DNA of 61,780 bases from Bacilli bacterium (GTDB taxonomy: Bacteria > Bacillota_I > Bacilli_A > RFN20 > CAG-826): contig JAILBR010000043.1 of NCBI GenBank assembly GCA_024680795.1, positions 1-61,780 of the forward strand, given 5' to 3'. Every line of letters begins with the position of its first letter. Positions within the stretch are counted from its first letter, which is position 1. Of the stretch, positions 1-10,230 are shown in pieces. Below the pieces are notes generated by a model. That model made no database searches. It worked only from the letters and a program-made list of their open reading frames with translations, and was not told the origin of the DNA. Both the position numbers and the translations under genes were made by a program.

Positions 1-25
1 GGAAAGCCTAATTCACTTTCCCTAT

Positions 26-2185
26 CTATCCTAAGTATTTATCTAATACTGCGACTAGTTCTTCAATGTTAATTGGCTTAGCAATATGAGAATTCATACC
101 CGCTTCTTTTGCATTCACTTTATCATCACTAAACGCATTAGCGGTTAAAGCGATAATTGGAATATCTTTTAACGGGCTATCTAAGCTTCTAATTTCTCTA
201 GTGGTTTGGTAACCATCTATACCTGGCATTTGCACATCCATTAAGATGAGGTCAAAGTCTCCAACTTTTGCGTTCTTTATTTTTTCTAAAGCTTTATAAC
301 CATCTTCTGCTTCATCAGTGTCATAATCTAAATCTTTTAAGATTTCAGTAGCGATGATACGGTTAACTTCGTTATCATCGACAACAAGAATGCGATATTT
401 AACATCGTCTTTCTTCTTGTTTTCTACTTTTTCTTCATTCTTTGTTTCTTCAACTGGTTTATCAGTGATTGGGAATTCTAATGTAACAACAAATTCACTT
501 CCTTCACCTAATTTAGAAGTTAATGAAATTGTTCCTCCCATTAATTCGATAAGGCTCTTAGTAATAGACATACCTAAGCCTGTACCAGTAATCTTACTAA
601 CTGTCGTAGATTTTTCTCTTTCAAATGGTTCAAAGATCTTGGCTTGGAATTCTTCTGACATACCAATACCGTTATCTTTAATCTTGATAATAAACTTGGC
701 TTTCTCGCTATCTTCACTTTCCACTTCTTTCAAGTTAACAGATATACGTCCTCCCTCATTTGTATATTTAATCGCATTGGAAATCAAATTGATTAACACT
801 TGATTAAACTTCAATCTATCAACGAGGATATATTCATGTTGAACATCATTTTCAAAAATGAGTTCTTGTTTCTTATCACTAGCTTGTCCACGTAAAATCG
901 CATCGATTTGATTCATGATATCAATGATGCTTTCTGGTAAGACACTTAATGTAGCTTTACCATTTTCAATCTTTGACATTTCTAAGATGTCATTAATCAG
1001 ACCTAAAAGTAATTCACTAGAAGTGGATATCTTCGCTAGATAATCTTTTAATAAAGCTTCTTCACCGATATGCTTCTTCGCTAAGTTAGTAAAACCAATA
1101 ATCGCATTCATCGGTGTGCGAATATCATGAGACATGTTAAATAAGAAGCTAGACTTAGCTTCGCTAGCTTTCTTAGCCTCTTGATGGGCAATAACTAGTT
1201 CTTGGTTTTGTTTATTGATGATATCAATATTCTTTTGCAATTCAATAGAATAGGCTTTTTGTTTTTTAGAATTACTATAAGCAATAATGGCAAAGATAAC
1301 CGCTAAAATGATCATTTGAACAGCGACAATGATTAAAACAATGATATATGGATGACGTTCTAAAACATCTTGAACAGAGAAAGATGTATATCGATTAGTG
1401 ACCCACTTTTCATCGAGTTTTTCAATGAATCCTTCAATTTGTAATTGTTTAATTACTTCATTAAGTTCTTTGCATAGTTCTCCATCAGTGGCTTTTAAAG
1501 CCATACAGCCATACATGTAGCTCACTTGATAACTAGACACTATTTCTCCTCTAGCACCAAGTTTATCCACGAAAGAATTACCAACTTGAATTGGACAAAT
1601 AACATAATCTAATTCATTAGAGAGTAACATCTCAAACATTTGTTGATAAGTATATCCAGTAATAACATCAATACCTAGTTCATCAAATTTGTTATAGGCA
1701 GCAACTCTCTTGCCGTATAATTCACCAACGTATTTGACTTTAGTTTTGCCATACACAACATATTGTTTTTCATCAGTTGGGATAGTGCCGATAATATCAT
1801 CATCTCTTAAGATGGCGTTAGCTTCCATATTTAAGATGACTTGATATTTACCACTCTTTAAGCCAGATTGAACATCTTCCCAATCTAAAAGTTCTAATTC
1901 AAGATTCATCTCCATGCGATTAGCGACTTCGGCGATTAATTCAACATCTAGTCCTTTATATTCACCATCTTCAATATAGGAGAATGGTTCATAATCATGG
2001 TCAGTAGCGACATATAAGGTTTCCGCTGCTGGACCGAAGTCTTTTGGTTTAATTGTGACTGTCGGTTTCTTATCAAAGGCACCATTATAATTAAGGAATG
2101 TGAAAACAATGGCGATGATTGTCACCACAATAAAAGATGACAAAATTGCTGCAATGATCTTGTTTAGATTCCTCTTTTTTTCCAT
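26..2185 (-). CDS. Hybrid sensor histidine kinase/response regulator with extracellular amino-acid-binding (SBP family 3) domain
   Basis: N-terminal TM, PBPb motif (ATDHDYEPFSY...GLDVEL), second TM, H-box MSHDIRTPMN, N/G boxes (NLISNAIKYT, DNGIGMS, GTGLGM), C-terminal REC (ILVVDD, DLILMDVQMP, KP). Confidence 0.93.
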   Translation of the reverse strand: MEKKRNLNKIIAAILSSFIVVTIIAIVFTFLNYNGAFDKKPTVTIKPKDFGPAAETLYVATDHDYEPFSYIEDGEYKGLDVELIAEVANRMEMNLELELLDWEDVQSGLKSGKYQVILNMEANAILRDDDIIGTIPTDEKQYVVYGKTKVKYVGELYGKRVAAYNKFDELGIDVITGYTYQQMFEMLLSNELDYVICPIQVGNSFVDKLGARGEIVSSYQVSYMYGCMALKATDGELCKELNEVIKQLQIEGFIEKLDEKWVTNRYTSFSVQDVLERHPYIIVLIIVAVQMIILAVIFAIIAYSNSKKQKAYSIELQKNIDIINKQNQELVIAHQEAKKASEAKSSFLFNMSHDIRTPMNAIIGFTNLAKKHIGEEALLKDYLAKISTSSELLLGLINDILEMSKIENGKATLSVLPESIIDIMNQIDAILRGQASDKKQELIFENDVQHEYILVDRLKFNQVLINLISNAIKYTNEGGRISVNLKEVESEDSEKAKFIIKIKDNGIGMSEEFQAKIFEPFEREKSTTVSKITGTGLGMSITKSLIELMGGTISLTSKLGEGSEFVVTLEFPITDKPVEETKNEEKVENKKKDDVKYRILVVDDNEVNRIIATEILKDLDYDTDEAEDGYKALEKIKNAKVGDFDLILMDVQMPGIDGYQTTREIRSLDSPLKDIPIIALTANAFSDDKVNAKEAGMNSHIAKPINIEELVAVLDKYLG

Positions 2186-2188
2186 ACT

Positions 2189-2545
2189 TTAGTCTTTACA
2201 AATTTCCGCTAATTCGGATCTTTTTTGTTCAATTATATCTAATAGGGGTTGGTAATCCATTTCTTTACCAGCTCTTAAATATTCAGTGATTTCAAAGATT
2301 GGTTCATATAATGGTTCTAAAGCTAAATTAGCGACAACGCCTTTTAATCCATGAGCGGCTTGAAAGCCCGCTTCATAATCTTTATTAGCGATTGCTTGTG
2401 GTAATTTAACAAAACCATCATTACTTGGAACCATCTTTACTAAACGTAAATAAAGTGACTCTTTATTCACGCATCTTTTTAATCCGGTTTCAATATCAGC
2501 CCCAAAGGCCACTAAGCTATCTAGAGTTAACATATTATTTACCAA
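2189..2545 (-). CDS. Hpt (histidine phosphotransfer) domain protein
   Basis: AHGLKGVVANL Hpt motif; sits between REC-EAL gene and hybrid kinase. Confidence 0.9.
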   Translation of the reverse strand: MVNNMLTLDSLVAFGADIETGLKRCVNKESLYLRLVKMVPSNDGFVKLPQAIANKDYEAGFQAAHGLKGVVANLALEPLYEPIFEITEYLRAGKEMDYQPLLDIIEQKRSELAEICKD

Positions 2546-4229
2546 ATCCTTTCTCGATCAATAATTCGAATTCTTTAGCGGGAACTGGTTTAGAAAAATA
2601 ATATCCTTGGATAATATTGTAGCCCATACTTTGTAAGGCCACGACTTGTTCTCTAGTCTCCACACCTTCAGCGACAAGATTGACCTTTAAATATTTAGCG
2701 ATGTCGGCAACAATTCCTACCATCTTAAATGTCTTATCATTTTTAAACATTTCTTTGACGAACTTCATATCGAGTTTTAATACGTCAAATGGCAAAATTG
2801 AAATCGTATTCAATGATGAATACCCACTACCGAAGTCATCAATCTCAACAGTGAAGCCTTCTTCTTTAAATTTCTCAACAATCGCCACAGCTTGATCGAT
2901 TTCATTGTTATAAGCGGATTCAGTGATTTCTAAATATAAATCTTTTACACTGATACCGACTTCATCAATGATTTCACGAATGTGATTGACTAAGTTCTTA
3001 TCAAACATATCAATACGAGAGATGTTAACGGAAATAGGTATGGTATAACCATATTTCTCCTTCCATTTTTTCACCTGCATCGCGGCTTCTTTCCAAACGA
3101 ATCTATCCACTAAACGAATCGCCCCATTTTCTTCGAAAATAGGAATGAAAACGCCAGGGGAAATAAACCCTAATTCTGGATGGATCCATCTGATTAAAGC
3201 TTCCGCGCTAGAAAGAACGAATTTATTACCGGAGATATTGACCTTTGGTTGGTAATAAACTTGGAATTGTTTTTCTTCGATAGCTCGTTTAACTTCTCTA
3301 ACTAATCTCTCTTTGAATAATTGTTTCTTTTGGGCTTCTTGGTCAAAGATGTGATATTTTTCTTTGTTACTATTTCTAACTTCATCGCAAACTTGTTTAG
3401 CTAAATCGATTCGTTTATCAACAGATTCTTCTTTGCTATCAACTTGATAGATACCTAAATGGAATCTTAAATTGTTGACGTTATATTTCTCGATTAATTC
3501 TTTATCAATTTCACTCATCAATTCGCTGTAATTAGAGATACGATTCGTATATAAAACAAAGTATTCAGATCTTAATCGACCGACGATACCATTATGTTTT
3601 CTCACGATTTCTTTTAAGATATCCGCTAAAGAACGTAAAGCATAATCCCCAGCATCTCGACCATATAATTCGTTATATAGATTTAATTTATCTACACCGA
3701 CAACAACGACATCAGTCTCATCATCTGGGTGATATAAGTCAATCTTAGAAGCATATTCAATAAAGACATGCTTATTATATGTATCAGTTAATTCATCTCT
3801 TTCTGCTGCTTGAATAATCATTCTATCTTCACTTAATTCAATAGAACGACGAACACGGGCAATAACTACTTCTGGTAAATCATATGGTTTAGTAATAAAG
3901 TCTGCTGCACCTAATTCAAGCGCATCTAATTCACTTTGTTTTTCACTAGTTAAAACAATAACTGGAATTCTTTTATATTTTTCATCAGCTTTAATAATCT
4001 TCAAGAATTCTAAACCGCCCATCACCGGCATATTGATATCTAAAAGAATTAATGAAATAGGGGTTAATGCGGTTTTAACAACATCTAAAGCTTCTTTACC
4101 ATTTTCTGCGGTTAACAATTCATAACTATCAGATAAGATTTCAGATAAGATTTCTGTATTAATAAATTCATCTTCAACGATTAAAATCGTTCTTCTGATT
4201 TGTCTAATGATGTTGTTGTTTTTGCTCAT
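2535..4229 (-). CDS. REC-GGDEF(degenerate)-EAL response regulator, probable c-di-GMP phosphodiesterase
   Basis: REC (ILIVEDE, LLDINMP), degenerate GGDEF (GRLRSEYF), intact EAL motifs (AEALIRW, DDFGSGYSSL, KLD, AEGVET, QGYYFSKP). Confidence 0.93.
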   Translation of the reverse strand: MSKNNNIIRQIRRTILIVEDEFINTEILSEILSDSYELLTAENGKEALDVVKTALTPISLILLDINMPVMGGLEFLKIIKADEKYKRIPVIVLTSEKQSELDALELGAADFITKPYDLPEVVIARVRRSIELSEDRMIIQAAERDELTDTYNKHVFIEYASKIDLYHPDDETDVVVVGVDKLNLYNELYGRDAGDYALRSLADILKEIVRKHNGIVGRLRSEYFVLYTNRISNYSELMSEIDKELIEKYNVNNLRFHLGIYQVDSKEESVDKRIDLAKQVCDEVRNSNKEKYHIFDQEAQKKQLFKERLVREVKRAIEEKQFQVYYQPKVNISGNKFVLSSAEALIRWIHPELGFISPGVFIPIFEENGAIRLVDRFVWKEAAMQVKKWKEKYGYTIPISVNISRIDMFDKNLVNHIREIIDEVGISVKDLYLEITESAYNNEIDQAVAIVEKFKEEGFTVEIDDFGSGYSSLNTISILPFDVLKLDMKFVKEMFKNDKTFKMVGIVADIAKYLKVNLVAEGVETREQVVALQSMGYNIIQGYYFSKPVPAKEFELLIEKGFGK

Positions 4230-4392
4230 GATAATATCCTTTAGATTAATAGTGAGGGTGATAAAATACCGATTTAACTTGATATATACGCATTATATCT
4301 ATTTTAGTTAACTAAATTAGTATAAAACTTATTTGCACGCGTGACAAATAACTTGTGAAATATATTAGTGATTTTTTTATAAAAATTTGAGG

Positions 4393-4446
4393 GTGACATA
4401 CTCCCACCACTTATAAAAGTGGGGGCTTCTTGCAAGTTATGTTAAA
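4393..4446. mobile_element. Isolated IS200/IS605-type terminal hairpin remnant
   Basis: gtgacatactcccaccacttataaaagtgggggcttcttg forms a CCACTT-ATAA-AAGTGG hairpin and resembles IS200/IS605/IS1341 end sequences of Firmicutes (recognition from memory); no transposase adjacent. Confidence 0.5.
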
Positions 4447-4569
4447 TATAACCATTTAAGCATTTAGAAAAATTATCGATTCAAATATTCATCTTTTTGT
4501 TTAACTAACAAAAGGTTTTGTTGTGAGACAAAGTGTATTGGTGTAAAATGCAAGCACAGATCAAAGAAT

Positions 4570-5937
4570 ATGAGAAAAGAAGAAGAGGCAAAGCGGCTTA
4601 AAAAGAGTTTCAAGGTTTCTCAAGCCGCAATTGCAAAAGCGTTAGCGTCAGACTTTATTTGTAGTTTTTACGTGAACATCAAAACCAAAAGATATATTGA
4701 AAATTCATCAAGTGATGTTTATAAATCATTGAACTTACCCGCATTGGGAAATGATTTTTTCTCCGCTGAAAAAAATGGGTTTTTAGATATCATTCATCCT
4801 TTAGACCGTGACTTATTTCTCACTGCTTTTAACCAGAAAAATGTCACACGAGTTTTATCTATTGATAAAAGTATGTCTTTAGAATTCCGCGTTGTCATTA
4901 ACAATCAACCTATCTATATGCAGATGAAAATCACCAAGATGATTGATGATGAAGATCATATCGTTGTCGGTTTAAGAAATATCGATGCTCATATGAAACG
5001 TATCGAAGAATATGAAAAAGTGAGAAAGAACAATCTCACATTTGCCGGTATCGCTACCGCTTTAGCGGCCGACTATGTCTCTTTAGTCTACGTCAACACT
5101 AAGGATGATTCTTATAAAGAATATTATTCAACTGAGAAATTTAAAAAGCTCGGTGTTCCTCAACAAGGTAAAAGAGTGTTCTGGGGTGAAGAAGGCTTAT
5201 TTAAACATGTTTATGAAGACGACGTTCCTCTATTTGAAGCAGCCTGTAGTAAAGAAAATATTTTAAGAGTTCTCTCTATTGATACTAGCTTTGCTATCAA
5301 TGTTAGATTGTTGTATGAAGGTAATCCGATATATGTTCGTATCAAAATCTCAAAAATGATGTTAGAAGATGAATATCATGTTGTTATTGGTATATCAAAT
5401 ATTGATGAGCAAATGAAACGTGAACAAGTCTACAATCAATCATTAAATGAAGTAAGAGAAATCGCTTATCGAGATTCATTAACTGGAGTAAAAAGTAAAC
5501 ATGCTTTTTCAGAATTTGAAGCCAGTTTTGATGAAGAAATTAAGCAAAACTCCAATTTTTCATGCACAATCTTAGTTTGTGACGTTAATGGTTTAAAGAA
5601 GGTAAATGATACATTAGGACACAGCGTTGGTGACCAATATATCAAAGATTCTTGTTACTTAATTTGTCATACATTCAAACACTCTCCAGTCTATCGAGTA
5701 GGTGGAGATGAATTCGTTGTCGTCCTTAGTGGTGATGACTACACTAACCGTAAAGAATTACTAAAAGAGATTAATGATACGATTGATGTTAACCACACTC
5801 AAGGAGGCATCAGTATCTCGATAGGCTATGCTGATTACATCCCTAATGTTGATCACTGCTTACAAGATTTATTCAAGCGAGCAGATGAGATGATGTATCA
5901 AAGAAAGAAAGAATTAAAAGCAGAGCGAGTTAACTAA
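4570..5937 (+). CDS. Diguanylate cyclase with two tandem PAS-like domains
   Basis: Two ~125-aa repeats (IAxALAxD...VIG.xNIDxxMKR), then DSLTG, DVNGLKKVND, YRVGGDEF. Confidence 0.92.
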   Translation: MRKEEEAKRLKKSFKVSQAAIAKALASDFICSFYVNIKTKRYIENSSSDVYKSLNLPALGNDFFSAEKNGFLDIIHPLDRDLFLTAFNQKNVTRVLSIDKSMSLEFRVVINNQPIYMQMKITKMIDDEDHIVVGLRNIDAHMKRIEEYEKVRKNNLTFAGIATALAADYVSLVYVNTKDDSYKEYYSTEKFKKLGVPQQGKRVFWGEEGLFKHVYEDDVPLFEAACSKENILRVLSIDTSFAINVRLLYEGNPIYVRIKISKMMLEDEYHVVIGISNIDEQMKREQVYNQSLNEVREIAYRDSLTGVKSKHAFSEFEASFDEEIKQNSNFSCTILVCDVNGLKKVNDTLGHSVGDQYIKDSCYLICHTFKHSPVYRVGGDEFVVVLSGDDYTNRKELLKEINDTIDVNHTQGGISISIGYADYIPNVDHCLQDLFKRADEMMYQRKKELKAERVN

Positions 5938-5949
5938 CCCGCTCCTTTT
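5923..5949 (+). terminator. Intrinsic terminator of diguanylate cyclase gene
   Basis: GAGCG..CGCTC stem followed by a T-run, overlapping the stop codon. Confidence 0.55.
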
Positions 5950-5957
5950 ATTTATAA

Positions 5958-5987
5958 AAAGAATGGTGATTACTTTCACCATTCTTT
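5958..5987. terminator. Bidirectional intrinsic terminator
   Basis: AAAGAATGGTGA / TCACCATTCTTT perfect inverted repeat between convergent regions. Confidence 0.7.
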
Positions 5988-6140
5988 AGCTTCTAATTTG
6001 CTAATCTCCCATTTCACTGGATGAGAGTCTCAATATTTCACATCACAATGACCGCAAAATTGATGTGGTGTCCTTAGAAAATCAATAATCTCTTTTTTAC
6101 TATGGTCGTAAATAGATATCCCGTCATTAGTGTTATCTAT
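5971..6140 (-). pseudogene. C-terminal remnant of a probable radical SAM-type protein
   Basis: Manual translation NDGISIYDHSKKEIIDFLRTPHQFCGHCDVKY*DSHPVKWEISKLEAKEW* with CxxC and a W..SK....EW tail; in-frame TGA, no intact start. Confidence 0.4.
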
Positions 6141-6220
6141 ATTTCATTAAAAAGGGGCAAATTCCATGAAAATTAATCACAAAATATTGATAATGCCTTT
6201 TCGGGTGGTTAGACGAATAT

Positions 6221-7474
6221 TTATAAATCTAGACTATTTTGATTTAATAGAAATTCCTCTAATGAGATTATCAGGATGCCATCTTTATTTGTATAACTTA
6301 ATAGTGGTTTGTTGATGACTACTATTTTCTTAAAAGACCCAGGAACTGCTAGCAAAGCATCGTATTCGTTATTAAAATGCTTGCCAACTGGCACCTCATC
6401 CATAACTTGAATGTAGTACTCCTTGCTTCCTCTTCTCACTATGAAATCTACTTCGAGTTGAGCATAAACCCATTTACCTAATTTATTCTTTACTTTGGTT
6501 TCAACAAAGCCGACATCAACGAGATATTCTCGAGTTTTCAATTCGTTATATATAGCGTTTTCAATAAGAAATCCTTCGTTTGGTTCTCTGAAATTTATTC
6601 TCACGTTCCTTAAGCCAATATCTTGACAGTAAAACTTGCTTGGAGTGTTGAGATAAGCCATTCCTTTAATGTTATATCGTTTAACTTTATCGAATAAAAA
6701 CGCGTCTTTTATACCTTCAATAAATTTTGTAACCGTTTCATTATCAATTTTGATTTGTCTTTCGCTCTTTAAGTAATTTGTCATATTAAGTGGGTTTGTT
6801 AAATTGCCCGTAACAGAACATAAGGCATCAACAGTCGCACTTAATTCATCAATTAAAGATGTGTTGATATTTCTTCTAATATCATCTATGTAAACTTTTT
6901 TCATTAAATTATCTAAGTATTTGATTTTGCCTTGTTCAGTATTTTCTTCGAACAATCCAGGCATTCCACCAAATCTTAAATACTCCTGTAATGCGAATCT
7001 TTTATCCCCCTCGAATGCGGGATAATATTCTGAAAACGAAAGAGGTCTTACATTAATCTCTGTTCCCCTATCTTTGAATTCATCATTTATGTCTTTTGAT
7101 AGAAATCTTGAATTGCTTCCAGTGATATATAAATCATAATTTTTGTGCTTATTTAATGAGTTAGCCGAACGAACGAAATCATCGGCAAGTTGTATCTCGT
7201 CAATAATTATGTAATATTGCTTATTTTCATCGTTGGCGATTTTTTCAATGTACTCTCTCAGTTTTCCTTTTTCTAATAAACTATCATTTTTCTCATCATC
7301 CAGCTCAACGTTGATAATTTGTTCTTCTTTTACTCCATTATCTAAAAGATATTGCTTGAAAAATACGCCAAGTAAATATGATTTGCCAGATCTTCTTAAG
7401 CCAGTGATAATTTTAATTTTCGATGAATGTCTTTTTTCAATAAGTTATTTTAAATAATAGTTTCTGTTAATCAT
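6221..7474 (-). pseudogene. AAA+ ATPase (AAA_14/DUF4143 family) with premature stop at codon 10
   Basis: ATG at 7474 gives MINRNYYLK*LIEKRHSSKIKIITGLRRSGKS (Walker A)...IIIDEIQ (Walker B)...ITGSN, in frame with track ORF 6221-6964 (KFYCQDIGLRN, LEVDFIV); TAA at 7445-7447. Confidence 0.85.
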
Positions 7475-7674
7475 ATTGTTCTCCGCAATTTTCTGACAAT
7501 TTCCGGTTTTTTGCGATTTAATCATAACATTTGGATCATACTTTTCAATCTGATGTTGTGTTTTTAGTCTACTTTTCCATTTCTGATTATCAGACAAAAA
7601 AAGAAAAAATCAAAATCATTATACTTTTATCGATAATAAAATTATAATTATCTTTTTGAAGGAGGAGGACTAAT

Positions 7675-9444
7675 ATGAAAAATAAAGTCATCAGTGTCAT
7701 CGCTATTACAGGGGGACTAGTATTATCTAGCTGTGGAGGTAGTAATACCGAAGACACCACCAAAGAAAGAATTGTCACTAGAAATGTTTTTTCTCTTAGT
7801 GAAGATCAAAAAAGAGTAGAAAGTGTTGGAACATTAAACCTATTGTTTAAGGCTAATGGAGATATCCCATATATCTCTTTAAAAGATGGACTAGAATATA
7901 TCAACTTAATCCGTCACGCTAGAGTGAGTAAAGATTCTTCTATTTCACTTAAACAAGAAGAGAATAAAGCCACTTACACTTCTACTGATAACGCTCAAGT
8001 TGTTATCGACATGCAAGAACAAAGTATCACCTATAATGATTTCACTGGTTTCCTAAACCATGTTCAGCCATATAAAGATACATATTCTTTATTAACACCC
8101 TTTAAAGGTTCATCAATTCATCTAATCGATAACAAATATGAAAAAGGAAATAATTATACGGTTAGTTTAAAAAACTATAGTCAGATTGATATCTATAAGC
8201 ATGGTAATGATTTTTATATGCCACTAACGACATATAACGATTTATTTATCAACCCAAATACAATGACTAATCTTGTCTATAACTTTGAAAGGGTTTATCT
8301 ATTTTCAGGGAATGAAATCTTCTCCACAAAAAATGATGAAGGAGAAGATGTTTTAACCACATTAGGTAAATCATACTATAGTAGGAAAGCCACTGATCCA
8401 ACAGTGAGTAAAGAATACGCTGAATATTTTTATCAAAATATCTGTTTAAACTTTGATTACTTATATGGAGTTAAAGGATTAAAGGGAAGAGAATATACAA
8501 CATTTGATAACTATTTATCCACTAAAGGATATAAAACTGACTTATTAAGTGGAAATGTGAAAAAGATGGATGCCGCTTATGCATACGCTTTATCAGCATT
8601 AAAAGATTTCCATACCGTAGCGAGCAATTACTCTCCATTATATGAATTTGGTAAACATGATATCGATGTTGATAAATATGATGCTGAAAAAGTCAAAGAG
8701 GAGAAAGAAGAAGATACTCTTAATTTAGCAAGAGTGTTCTCAGGAGCATCTCTTGGTTTTTCAGTAGACACCACTAATAAGATTGCTTATATCGCTTTCA
8801 ATAACTTCTCTTCTGTTGATGAAAAAGCATTAAGCAAGAGTTCTTGGACTGAAGAAGACTTAGATAATAGCGCTACTCTATTCGCACATGCATATAAAGA
8901 AATCACTACCAAATATTTAGGTAGCATTGATTATGTCGCTGTCGATTTAGCCACTAATGATGGTGGAGCCGCTGATGGTATGGCGTATATGCTTGGTATT
9001 TTACTTGGTAGATACTCAATCGAGATACAAGATCCATGTACTGGTGCTCACGCAAAATCAACATATGCGGTTGATATTAATAGAGATGGCAAAGTCGATG
9101 AAGGTGATATCTCTTTAAGAGAATATGGTAAGAAAATCGTTTTCATTGATTCCCACTTCACTTTTAGCTGTGGCAATGCTTTACCAGTATTTGCAAAGCT
9201 CAATTATCCAAGCCAAGTTACCGCGATTGGTGAAACCACTGGTGGAGGTACATGTGTAGTGAGACCAGCCTATACTGCATTAGGTAGTTTATATAATATT
9301 TCTGGTATCCAAATGCTATCAAAAAGAAACGGTGAAAAACTTGTTAACATCGAAGATGGGGTAACTGCAGATATCCCTCTAAATGATGTCAGAGCGACAA
9401 TTGATAGAAACGCAGTTGCAAAAGCACTGTTAGAAAAAAAATAA
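7675..9444 (+). CDS. Lipoprotein, S41 family peptidase
   Basis: RBS GGAGGAGG; lipobox LSSC; VDLATNDGG, TFSCGN (catalytic Ser), IGETTGGG motifs. Confidence 0.8.
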   Translation: MKNKVISVIAITGGLVLSSCGGSNTEDTTKERIVTRNVFSLSEDQKRVESVGTLNLLFKANGDIPYISLKDGLEYINLIRHARVSKDSSISLKQEENKATYTSTDNAQVVIDMQEQSITYNDFTGFLNHVQPYKDTYSLLTPFKGSSIHLIDNKYEKGNNYTVSLKNYSQIDIYKHGNDFYMPLTTYNDLFINPNTMTNLVYNFERVYLFSGNEIFSTKNDEGEDVLTTLGKSYYSRKATDPTVSKEYAEYFYQNICLNFDYLYGVKGLKGREYTTFDNYLSTKGYKTDLLSGNVKKMDAAYAYALSALKDFHTVASNYSPLYEFGKHDIDVDKYDAEKVKEEKEEDTLNLARVFSGASLGFSVDTTNKIAYIAFNNFSSVDEKALSKSSWTEEDLDNSATLFAHAYKEITTKYLGSIDYVAVDLATNDGGAADGMAYMLGILLGRYSIEIQDPCTGAHAKSTYAVDINRDGKVDEGDISLREYGKKIVFIDSHFTFSCGNALPVFAKLNYPSQVTAIGETTGGGTCVVRPAYTALGSLYNISGIQMLSKRNGEKLVNIEDGVTADIPLNDVRATIDRNAVAKALLEKK

Positions 9445-9476
9445 CACAGCGATATTTGCTTTGTGAAAAGAAAAAC

Positions 9477-9498
9477 AACTCCCATTAATGGGAGTTTT
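9477..9498. terminator. Intrinsic terminator (bidirectional)
   Basis: AACTCCCA-TTAA-TGGGAGTT followed by a T-run. Confidence 0.7.
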
Positions 9499-9790
9499 TA
9501 TTATTATCTAATCTTTGTCTTTCGACAAGTTCAGCAAACTTACCATTCTTAGCGATTAAGGAATCATAAGTGCCTTCTTCGATACGTTTGCCATCAAATA
9601 AAATTTATCCTGACCATGGGGAATATAAGCCTGAGATGAGTTTAGATATTGTGGATTTGCCACTTCCAGTGCCACCGACAATTGCCACTTTTTGTCCTTG
9701 TTTAATCTTGAGGTTGAAGTTAGTGATAACTGGTTTATCTAATCTAGAATAACCAAATGTTAAATCTCTAAGGACAAGGTTACCTTTGAT
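9485..9790 (-). pseudogene. Chimeric fragment of NHLP-type bacteriocin ABC exporter genes
   Basis: [94 protein letters not shown]: Walker A region joined directly to an ABC C-terminal tail; TAA at 9605-9607; Q-loop, signature and Walker B missing. Confidence 0.7.
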
Positions 9791-9799
9791 TTTGATTTG

Positions 9800-9957
9800 T
9801 AATGTATATAAACAAATGACCAAACAAAAAACGCGATCATTGTAACAATCACAGCGCCCAAAACAATCCAAGTCACTGGGGAAGAGGATTGCAAATGTTT
9901 ATTTAAATCATCTGGATTAGTAATGCTGATGTCTTCTTTTCTAGTTGTATTTTTAAA
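9800..9957 (-). pseudogene. N-terminal fragment of NHLP-system secretion/membrane-fusion protein
   Basis: Manual translation [50 protein letters not shown] matches the SSPEQLN..L.VTSP..W..L pattern of that family. Confidence 0.55.
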
Positions 9958-10029
9958 TTGTGTTAACAGGTATAGGTAATGATGGTGCCAGTGACTCTCG
10001 CCGAGACATCATTTTTATTTTTCTATAAA

Positions 10030-10230
10030 AAATCCCCAAAGGTTTTAACGCTCATCCATTGGGGATCCGGACATGCCGTCGCATAATCCTAGTTAGAAAA
10101 TTTCACGAAAGGAGTATTATGACCAAATGCGTCTAATCTCGATTCCCACTTGCACTCATGGAAATCTTATGTGCAAACCCTCTATAGGCAACTAGAGGGG
10201 ACGTCATAGGAGGTGAGTATGACGGATTTA
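10030..10230. other. Structured intergenic element (putative cis-regulatory RNA or small RNA)
   Basis: Stems ATCCCCAA/TTGGGGAT (T-run follows on minus strand), TTGCAC/GTGCAA, CCCTCTA/TAGAGGG, GTCATA/TATGAC, plus long-range CCGTC/GACGG. Confidence 0.4.

Noticed and set aside
5971-9607. Stop-codon reassignment (in-frame TAA at 7445 and 9605, TGA near 6030)
   Set aside because: Most intact genes in the window end in TAA, others in TGA/TAG, and both prfA and prfB are present; the stops lie in decaying genes
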